A stretch of 64,000 bases of DNA from Amoebidium appalachense (Eukaryota; Protista; Ichthyosporea). The DNA is taken from assembly GCA_963693365.1 (NCBI GenBank), contig CAVNZM010000001.1, positions 1 to 64,000 of the forward strand, in the 5' to 3' direction. A program made the translations under genes and the position numbers. Positions 26,006 through 36,411 of this stretch are shown in pieces. Within the stretch, counting starts at the first letter, position 1. Each line of letters begins with the position of its first letter. The notes below the pieces were generated by a model that was not told the origin of the DNA, searched no databases, and saw only the letters and a program-made list of their open reading frames with translations.

Positions 26006-27180
26006 CTAGGCATTGTGCTTGCAGTCTTTGCGGGGGTGTGTGCCAGAGCAGAGCGGGCACACGTGGGAGAAGGGGCAGGGCTGCTTAGCGCAGGACCGAC
26101 CGTTAATGTGGAAATTCCGGCAGTGCGTCGCGGGTACTACTAGATCCACGGGTCGGGCCGGTTTTGCCGGGCCGGGTTGCGGGCCAGGGCGGCTAGGGGT
26201 TTGACCCCCCGCCGGGCTTGTGGGGCGGCTTAAAGCCGTCAAGACCACAGCCTGGCTTGGGGTACATGGGGCAGGCCGCGCTGGGGTGGTCGGGGAAGCC
26301 ACAGCGCTGACATGCGTCCGGGATGAGTAGAGTGGGTGGCAGGAGGAGATCCTGGTGGAGTTGGGCGAGCAGGTTGGGACACTCGATCGGAGCCCGACCC
26401 TGCTGATGGGCAACGGTGCGGGCGTATACGTCATAGTTGTGGATCTGGGCCCACGGGTATCGGGTGCTGAGGCGAGTGATGTGCTGAGTCCAAAGTACGT
26501 CTTTGTCCGTGGGGAGGCCGAGGTGGTGCTTGGCGGCCATGTAATGGGTCCAAGCTTGGATCCAAATGACGAGTGAACGCAGGGGAACGGGTCTGTCTTG
26601 GCGAAAAGTCTCGATGCTGCCGTCGTCGGCCATGCGCAGATGCTGACCTTTCTTGGATGAGGCCAGGAGGGCGGCGGGGGTGAACTTATACAGGTCAACG
26701 AAACGATTGGCGCGCAAATCTGCCAGCACATCCGCGGGGGGAAGCGGGAGTGTGCCCGGCTGAATGTCGCCAGTGTTCTCACCTGTGATGGGGGGCGCGG
26801 GCAGGGCAGGTAGGTCTAGGTCAGGGCCGAGATGCAGCCCCGGGGAAACCTCCCCGGGTGTGGAGGGCGCGGCGGGGGCCGCGGGAGGGTCGCGGTTGGT
26901 GAGAGCAGCCAGGACGCCAGCCATCTGGGTGCTGATGGCGGTGAGGGCGGCCAGGACGGCGTCTTGAGAAGTCATCTGCGGGGACGGCGGGGCCTGAGGG
27001 GGGACTTCAGGAGTGGAGGGGAGAGTAGCCGGCGGGTCCGGGTCCGTGGTGGTATGGGCCGCTGGAGGCGCGTCAGTGTCCGCGGGAGCGTTGGTCAGCC
27101 TGTGGCGGAGGTCGCTGCGGGTCAGGCGCTTAGGTGCCGGCAGGGGCGGCGGCTGAGGCCTGGCGCTTTTTCGGCGGCAT
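26006..27180 (-). CDS. gag: Ngaro N4 gag (frameshifted)
   Basis: Same protein as 58800-59970; CCHC and CCCH-like fingers. Confidence 0.85.
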
Positions 27181-30100
27181 GCTGACCGGCGTAGGGAAAG
27201 ATAGGGAGAATGAAAAAGGAATATATAGCTGTAAGGCTGTGGATGCTAAACACAGAAGAAAAAGGAATAGCTGTAAGGCTGTGGATGCTAAACACAGAAG
27301 ATGTGTTTGTAGCTTGCTGATCTGCTAAAAACTGTCGTGCTTATATACCTAAGCCTACCGATCTGAGCCAAAAAATCGATCTAGTGATATGTGAAATCTG
27401 ATCCGAGCCAATCATAACTCGGTCTAGTGATCTGTGGTATCTGATGTTTTGATTGGCTAATAGGTGCCCGTGTGCGGGCAGCCAACCGCTAACTGCTAAA
27501 ACACGAAATGAAGCCTACATGGTTATGTTGGTATCGAACACCCATCCTACGTGTTTACCCAGAAAAATATTTATGTTAATAATTTCCACAAATAAAACCT
27601 AAACACGTGCAGAGTGGTGCTGGGCAATGCACGATGCCACAGCACTAACAGAGAGGATAGTGTGGAGAGGTAGAAACACAGTTGCATGTTCTGTCAATCT
27701 ACGTCTAATTTATTATGCTCGATTCTCACCTATTTATCTGCCGCAGGCAGATTCCATGAATACAGATCTATCCAAAGGTATTTGCGCATCTGATTGGCAT
27801 ATACTATGAATACTATAAATCTGACCAATCATATAACGACACGTACATGAACGGAAATCAAACTGCATTCCCCTCATACGGTCCAAACGCAGACAAAACA
27901 CCCAACTACACAGAAACCAAGAAAAGCACTCAGTCTGGCATGCACAACAATCGTCGGATGCGTGCTTTCCTCTCGCTATCGCCAATAGCTAAACAAACTA
28001 TGAATACCACACGTGCCTAATGAATAACAGAGAGCAAACAAGAGCATGCCGGACATGCTTATGAAATAAAGGGAGATAAAGCACAAATAAACGATCGTAC
28101 CTAACTATGTATGCTATGTGCTCGTGCAAGTTGTGTAAACCAAAGATGTGCAACTAATGAAGAATCGTGCTGTGCACATGCGTGCGAAATGCATATGCCA
28201 ACTCGTGCACTATTATTGTATATTCTGACAAGAAGGAGGCTCGTGTCACTCAGATTCAAGTCACCTACGAGGAGCTTGAACTACGAGACTTCCCCAACGT
28301 CACAGCGTAGAACGGTGGATGAGTGGCTCCAATTCGAAATAGTTGAGACGCTTATCATCCTTCTTCTCGGACGGATTCCATTGTGGAAGGTTGATGTACA
28401 ACGGTTTGTCAATCATGGTTGAAGCAGTATGTACGGAGGAATTTCGCGGTTGTAACGAGATTGTGTGTTAGCGTGCAAAGGGGCCGTAATTGAACCTGTT
28501 ATTTTGTGTGGGTAAACGGAGAAGCAGAGAGCACAGATGGGTGTTATGTTATACACAACACAGAGACACACGGGAGAAACACAACCGGAGAGGTGGAACG
28601 ATTTCTGGGACCATAGGAAATGAATTTAACTGGGTGATATTTATTTCAAGATGAAGTTCCTTTTATACTCAGGAATGTGAAATCGATAAGCCAATCAAAA
28701 GAACGAAAACTCTTTTATCCAATCAGAAAGACGAAAACTCTGAGGGTAAAATAAATCGATCGAAATGCCTGTCGACACATAGAAGATAAAACACAATCTC
28801 CTAATGAAAGTAATCTTCTAATGAAAGTACGGAAACATTTAACAAAATGAAACCACTTATGTATCTATTAGTTCACATTTTATACATGTTCTTAACATAA
28901 CACGTCTAATATGAGTATTCCTAATAGTTGGGGAACATAGAGCAATGCTACGTCGTGGGAAAAGAAGGAAAAGGAATGAGGATAGAAAGGAATGGAATGG
29001 GAAAGGAATCGAGTAGAATTAATGAGGAATGTAGGTTACTATATTTGAGAAAATATAACGAGATCTGATTGGACAACTTATTTAGACATTGACGAAAACA
29101 ACAATACGTGTGCGCGGGCCAAATAGCTCGATGTGTACACAGATCTAAGATTGTCATCTTCACTTGATTCTCAGCAAGACTTAGAAGTTGAGTTTTGTAT
29201 TTATTTATTAGTTGTTGTAGTTTGTTTCCTTTTCCTTTCTTCATTTCTTTCTTTCTTTCCCGTTTCCGTGTACACGACATCTTAGATCTGTGTACGTATC
29301 GACATACTTAGCTCGCGCACACGTATTGTCGTTTGCGTCAAAATCTATATATGTCATCCAATCATATCTCGTTTGAATTTTCCCAAATATAGTAACTTAC
29401 ATTCCTTTCTCATTCCTTTCCCACGACGTAGCATTGTGCTATGTTCTTCAACTATTAGGAACAATTATATTTAGACGTGTTATGATAAGAACATGTATAA
29501 ATGTATGTTATGAATTAATAGTTATATAAGTGGTTTCATTTTGTTAAATGTTTCCGTGCTTTTATTAGAAGTTTCTTTCATTAGAGGATTGAGTTTTATA
29601 TTCTATGTGTCGACAGACATTTTAATCGATATATTTTACACTTATAGTTTTCGTTCTTTTGATTGGTTTATCGTTTCACATTCCCAAGTATAAAAGGGAC
29701 CTCATCTTGAAATAAATCGTAAGCAGTCGTATTCATTTCCTATGGTTCCAGAAATCGTTCCACCTCTCCGGTTGTGCTTCTCCCGTGTGTCTCTGTGTTG
29801 TGTATTACATAACACCCATCTGTGCTCTCTGCTTCTCCGTTTACCCACACAAAATAACAGGTTTACGGCCCCTTTGCACGCTAACACTCAATCTCGTTAC
29901 AACCGCGAAATCTCTCAGTCTTACTGCTTCAATCATGACTGATAAACCGTCGTATATCAACCTTCCAATATGGAATCCGTCCGAGAAACGAGACGAGAAA
30001 CGTCTTAATTATTTCGAGTGGGAGCCACTCATTCACCGGTTCATTAGAACAACCATTGCCGAGAAATTCGTTGACGCTATCAAGAGGCCACAGTGGGTTG

Positions 30101-30825
30101 ACGGCGCTGAAGCCAACCAGTGGCTAGGCTACGCCACCAAGGACTCCTACAAGAAAGCTTCCGACGTCCTCGACCAGATCCTCAACCAGTCCGTCCACCC
30201 GACCGAGCTCTACGACTCCGGCCGGATGCAAGACGGTGTCCACGGTGGTGAAGTCTTCCACAACCTACGTATGGCGTATGTAGCAGAGAAGGAGGCCCGA
30301 GTCACCCAGATCCAAGTCACCTTCGAGGAGCTTGAACTACGAGACTACCCCAACGTCACAGCATACCTCACCCGTCTCCAACGTCTGGCTACGACACTTG
30401 CCTGCCTCGACGAGCCCGTCCAGCACAAGGATGTCGTACGTAAGTTCTTCCTTCACCTCAGGAAGAACACGGCCCTGGTCTGCTCCGACATTGACCGTCT
30501 CTGCTCCGACTACTGGATGAACAACAAGGCCTACCCGTCCTTCAACCAGCTCATCAGTGACATCCGAGGAGCTGAAATCCGTGCCGGCCTCATCGACGCA
30601 GGCACAGGTGCAACCGTCAACAACCGTCCCCTCCGTGCACTCCAGAGCAGAGTGCTTCCCCCCGGTGACCTCCGTAACCGTATTCCTCGACGTGAGTTTG
30701 TCCTGGTGCAGAGACTAGCGATCTTGCTAGCCTTGAGATCACAACCTAACCACTGCCGATGGTTGTGATGACGCCAGTAAAGGCGTGCTGGCTTTTACCC
30801 CAGCGAGAAGAGGATGAGAAAAAGA

Positions 30826-30898
30826 TGATCCCGACGGGATTTGAACCCGCGACCCCTCTATCTCCGGTCGAGTGCTCTACCAACTGAGCTACGAGATC
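30826..30898 (-). tRNA. tRNA-like sequence in TRIM LTR
   Basis: Reverse complement of 7966-8038. Confidence 0.82.
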
Positions 30899-31195
30899 GG
30901 TTAAGATCTCGCAGGCCACCAGCCGATCATGATCTGATTCATGCGATCGGACTGGATAACGATACCATCTTCCAACATCCCCACTCAGGACGAATCGCAG
31001 AATCAGGTTAGGGTGGACTGCCCCCTCAGTCCCCACTGAACCTCTGTTCATGCTACCATTTTGGATTTTGTCCTGGTGCAGAGACTAGCGATCTTGCTAG
31101 CCTTGAGATCACAACCTAACCACTGCCGATGGTTGTGATGACGCCAGTAAAGGCGTGCTGGCTTTTACCCCAGCGAGAAGAGGATGAGAAAAAGA

Positions 31196-31268
31196 TGATC
31201 CCGACGGGATTTGAACCCGCGACCCCTCTATCTCCGGTCGAGTGCTCTACCAACTGAGCTACGAGATC
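31196..31268 (-). tRNA. tRNA-like sequence in TRIM LTR
   Basis: Reverse complement of 7966-8038. Confidence 0.82.
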
Positions 31269-32930
31269 GGTTAAGATCTCGCAGGCCACCAGCCGATCAT
31301 GATCTGATTCATGCGATCGGACTGGATAACGATACCATCTTCCAACAGTCCCCTCCGTGCACTCCAGAGCAGAGTGCTTCCCCCCCGGTGACCTCCGTAA
31401 CCGTATTCCTCGACGTGAGCATACACCTCACCGATCCCCGTCCCGTTCCCGTGATCCTCGTCCTTCCTCCAAGTCACCCGGCCCCCGTTCAACTTCCCCT
31501 TACCACCGTGGTAACAGGGACAACCGTAACCGACAGCACAACACCAAGAAGGTGGAGTGTTCCTACTGCCATGAGCCCCACCACATCACAGCATGCCCGG
31601 AGCCTGGCTGTACAGTTGCTCGTCGTGCCAAGCAGGAGAGAGGCGACAAGAGTGTGAAATTTGCACTCATCTCCTCCACCGGCACACCTGACAGCAACGA
31701 CCCCGTCTGGGACAGTGCTTGTAATGCACACATCTGCCCCATCAAGGAGTATTTCTCCTCCCTTACCCCGTGTCCTCCCACCCCCATTCACGGCCTCGGC
31801 ACCGTCAATGCCAAACAACGTGGCATCATCAACATGACACTGCACTACAACGGCAAACCAACACAGTGCAGCATCAATGCTTACTACGTACCCGAGGCAC
31901 CGTCTTTCCTCGTGTCTACCTCCATGGCCTCAGCTGCCGGCCTCCTAGGTCATTGTGACGATACAGACAACCACCCGTCGTTCCTCTACAGCCGTAATGG
32001 TCACATCATTACAGATCTCACCCCCCTCGACGGTCTCTACTACATCACTGACTATGTGATTGAGACTCCTAAACACCCGGGGGTCCAAGCCTACACAGCA
32101 AGGACTCAACCACCCGCCGACCTCACCCTTTGGCACAACCGTCTCGGCCACCGTGCCCTCTCCACCGTCACCAGGATGGCCAAAGATGAGCTTGTCATCG
32201 GCATGCCCCCCTCCCTCAAGTCACCCGACAACAGTGACTGCTTCGGCTGCATGTCTGGCAAGACCACCAAGGCCCCCTTTCCCGGCACCCGTTCCAAGTT
32301 CACCATTCCCGGTGCTAAGTGGCACCTGGACTTCTTCGAATCTCCCTGTACTTCCTACGGAGGCTACAAGGTTGCTCTGGTGTGTGTTTGTGATGCCACC
32401 GGTTACACCACCGTGTTCCCCCTCTACAACCGTGGTGAAACCCTCAGCCACATTCAGTCTCTCGTTGAAACCATTGAACGTCAGACACCTGAGATCGTCA
32501 CCCATCTTCGGTTTGACTCCGGCTCTGAGTTCACCTCCAAGGACACCGAGGCCTACTGCAAGCAGAAAGGCATCATCATGGAGTTTGCCCCCGTCGACAC
32601 ACCACAACACAACGGTGTTGTTGAACGGAAGATGAGAGAACTGCAAGAGACAGTCCGTTGCTTCCTCCATGCCGACAAGGACCAACCTCTCTCTCCCAAG
32701 TTGTGGGTTGCTGCTCTCAAGCATGCAGGCTACATCATCAACGTCACACCGTCATCTGCTGCCAACGGCAACACTCCCTTCGAGGCCTTTCACGGCTTCA
32801 AACCCGACGTCGCCCAGCTCCACGTGTTCGGCTCCCCTGCCTATGTGCATGTTCCCCGGTCAAAAAGGAACAAGCTGGCATCAACCGTCAGAGTCGGCAC
32901 CTACGTCGGCTGGGACCTGCCCTCCAAGGC

Positions 32931-35900
32931 TGTTAAATTATATAAGTATTTGGGATGTAGGCAGAGACACAGTGGTGCAGTATGAAAACACCACAGACAC
33001 ACACAACAACAAAACACAGAACGATCGGAGCAGTGTACACAACAGACATCAATGTTTAGACACGACTGAACTGAATTTATTCTGATCTTCGAATAAATAC
33101 CTGAAATTCCTCTAAGTCCAATCCATACATGATTTCCGACCAGTCGGAAATCAGATCTATGTCTAAAATAACCAATCACAATTAACTGATTATTTCCCGG
33201 ATAGATCCGGAGGCACAGGAACGCACACCATAGGTCACAGCTATAAGAAAGAAAAGAGGTGAAGAGTAACGAGGAAAGAGGTGATGTTTCTAACCTATCA
33301 TCGGCTACAAAGACTCAGACATTTTCTGACTAAGTCCACTGATTGGATATAGTACGGCAACACACAAAACAAAAGTGTTTGACTAAGCTATGAATCATAC
33401 CTGACAAGCTAAAGTGTAGCCTAAGTGTTTTTCTACCAATCAAAACATAACGAGTAATATAAATCTACTCAACGTATATTAGTGAGAGAGAAATATAATT
33501 ATGTGAAAGGAAACAAGAGAAGAAAGAAAGAGAAAAGAAAGAAGAAGAAAGAGGAAAAACAAAAGAAAGCAGGACAGAAAACACGAACAGCAAAACACCG
33601 TTATAACCGAAGATATTCATGTACACATAACATGTACACTTCTCCCTCACTGGGTAGACTCGTGTACCTATAATCAGTTGCTGTAATCGATATCTAAACA
33701 CACGAATATAGCCGACACAACACGATTACAAGTACTCAAATACACTGGAGATCGATCTCATAATTTACGTACAAGGAGCACATCTCTTTCACTAAGTGAA
33801 TGAATGAAAACATAACACGAACTGAGAAGATCTTACAATATATAAATACCACGTATTATAACATCCCCACTTAAGACTTTGAAGTTTGTGTTATCATATC
33901 CCCACTGAACTAGTGAAATCTCCCCACTTGAGAACAGAAACGGAAAAAAAAAAATTAAAGTTTGGACTTTTCCGGGGGGGGGGGGGGGGGGGGGAAGGGG
34001 GGGGGAAGGGGGGGGGGGGAGGGGGGGGGGAAGGGGGGGGAAGGGGGGGGGGAGGGGGGAGGAACCGGGGCAAAAACAAAATATATATAACGTGTATAGG
34101 CGGGGTTTTTTAACTGGGTTTTAAACCAGTGAAAGATAGAGGAGAGTGATGGTACAGGTCAAACCTTATATATAAACCCTAAGTGGGCATACCCACAAAG
34201 GCTCATATGAAATATATGTGATAATAAGTAGTAAACAAGAAACTCAGGACCCACACTCCGAAGGTGGGGGCGGGCGGGGAGGTGGTGAGGATCAGCTGTG
34301 TGGGGACAAGTAGTTGACGACAACACCCCGCTCAGGCTGGGGGGGGGAGGATAGGGGATGGGGGTCGAGGAGCACGGTAGACAGGACACGGGGGTCACGG
34401 CATTTGGATGCGGTGTGAGAGCCAACGTGGTGGGGCGACCGGTGGAGGGGATGACCAAGGAGGAGAGATCGTAGTTTGGCGCTGGAGGGGGCGTGAGGTC
34501 TGCTCTCAGGGTGACTGGGAAAGCCCGAAGGGAGGGGGGTAGGTCTTCACGGTTTTTGGGGGAGGCAGGTTTCGGCGGAGGAGGCGGATGGGGCGGGGGG
34601 AGGCAGCACAGCGCTGGCTGGAAGTGGATGGGAGAGGACCGCAGCGCTGCTGGCCGGGGGGGTGGTAATGGGGGGAAATAGCTGCAGGGGTATTCCCTCA
34701 GAGCGGTGGTAGTTGGGACTGAGAGTTCGGATGGGGGAACCGCCGGGAGCGATGGGTGGGGGAGTGACCCGGTGGGGAGAAGGCCGAAAACAGGGTTGGA
34801 AATCCTGGAAGGAAGCCGGGTTGACACGGTCGGTCTGGAGGGACAGGGTCGGGACCAGGGAGGAGGGAAGAGGCGGGGGGAAAGGTAGGGAACGTGCAGT
34901 GCATGGATGATGTCAGTCGGGAGACGGGTGATTCGTGTTGGAACGCAGACGGGGTGTGAAATTATATTCGAATGCGGGTCGACGGGGTCGAAATCGGATG
35001 GAATGGGATTGATCAGGATCCTCAGGCCTGGGTAGACAGGGCGGCGCGGTTGAGACCACGTCGGTGAAGTGTCAAGGAACTGGAGCGCGATGCAGAACCA
35101 AGGGTGGAGGACGGTGGCGTGACGGAGAGAACCAGGAGGAGGGAAGGAGGCGCGTGGAGGTGTCACGGGTGTAAGGCGTGACAAGCCGTCAAGAACAGAT
35201 CTTCAGAGGACACGTGGGACCGGTTACGGACGGACGCCGGGGAGGCCGAGCCGAGAGGCAGGGAGGTGGGAAGGGGACGGACGGAACTGGAACAGCAGGC
35301 GCCAGAGACGGGGTGTGCAGAAAGGCACAGATGGATGCAGGGGACGCCAGGGATGGATGTACACAGCCTCAGCACCAAGATGCCTGAGGAGCTGACCACA
35401 GCTATGATGTGTACCAGGAATTTAACGATCGCTAGGTCTAGGTGTGTGTAGGGAGCGTGCATCTGGGCCCATAACCTGTTAAATTATATAAGTATTTGGG
35501 ATGTAAGCAGAGACACAGTGGTGCAGTGTGAAAACACCACAGACACACACAACAACAAAACACAGAACGATCGGAGCAGTGTACACAACAGACATCAATG
35601 TTTAGACACGACTGAACTGAATTTATTCTGATCTTCGAATAAATACCTGAAATTCCTCTAAGTCCAATCCATACATGATTTCCGACCAGTCGGAAATCAG
35701 ATCTATGTCTAAAATAACCAATCACAATTAACTGATTATTTCCCGGATAGATCCGGAGGCACAGGAACGCACACCATAGGTCACAGCTATAAGAAAGAAA
35801 AGAGGTGAAGAGTAACGAGGAAAGAGGTGATGTTTCTAACCTATCATCGGCTACAAAGACTCAGACATTTTCTGACTAAGTCCACTGATTGGATATAGTA

Positions 35901-36411
35901 CGGCAACACACAAAACAAAAGTGTTTGACTAAGCTATGAATCATACCTGACAAGCTAAAGTGTAGCCTAAGTGTTTTTCTACCAATCAAAACATAACGAG
36001 TAATATAAATCTACTCAACGTATATTAGTGAGAGAGAAATATAATTATGTGAAAGGAAACAAGAGAAGAAAGAAAGAGAAAAGAAAGAAGAAGAAAGAGG
36101 AAAAACAAAAGAAAGCAGGACAGAAAACACGAACAGCAAAACACAGTTATAACCGAAGATATTCATGTACACATAACATGTACACGTTTCTCCCTCACTG
36201 GGTAGACTCGTGTACCTATAATCAGTTGCTGTAATCGATATCTAAACACACGAATATAGCCGACACAACACGATTACAAGTACTCAAATACACTGGAGAT
36301 CGATCTCATAATTTACGTACAAGGAGCACATCTCTTTCACTAAGTGAATGAATGAAAACATAACACGAACTGAGAAGATCTTACAATATGTAAATACCAC
36401 GTATTATAACA
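32931..36411 (-). mobile_element. Non-autonomous LTR element with family B LTRs (35477-36411 and 32931-33863)
   Basis: TSD AAGGC, PBS ggttatgggcccag, B-type 3' UTR and PPT, 1.6-kb interior without gag-pol motifs. Confidence 0.92.

Larger units (their letters stand above)
15347..27599 (-). mobile_element. Structurally complete Ngaro-type tyrosine-recombinase retrotransposon N4 (~5.5 kb without the nested copia B1)
   Basis: Order A1-gag-RT/RH-YR-B1-A2-spacer-B2, no TSD, no methyltransferase ORF. Confidence 0.92.
15200..28230. mobile_element. Putative solo LTR of another family (E, ~778 bp: 15200-15346 plus 27600-28230), split by Ngaro N4
   Basis: TG at 15200, CA at 28230, TSD AGAAG, non-coding; no second copy in the window. 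Confidence 0.75.
14758..28307 (+). mobile_element. Older copia A-subfamily fragment A3 (LTR end, PBS, gag 5' part in 14758-15199 and 28236-28307)
   Basis: gag reads MAYVAEK|EARV across the insertion flanked by TSD AGAAG. Confidence 0.8.
30697..31347 (-). mobile_element. Second tRNA-bearing TRIM copy (5' LTR 31059-31347; 3' LTR 30697-30977 lacks its last 8 bp)
   Basis: Near identical to 7517-8175; flanked by a 71/72-bp target duplication. Confidence 0.93.

Noticed and set aside
27211-27300. CRISPR-like or regulatory repeat array
   Set aside because: A single ~43-bp tandem duplication private to the N4 A1 repeat; there is no spacer array and the context is eukaryotic
34159-35184. 341-aa Pro-rich ORF as a novel cargo gene
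   Set aside because: No ATG start and no motif; low stop frequency is expected in C-rich sequence
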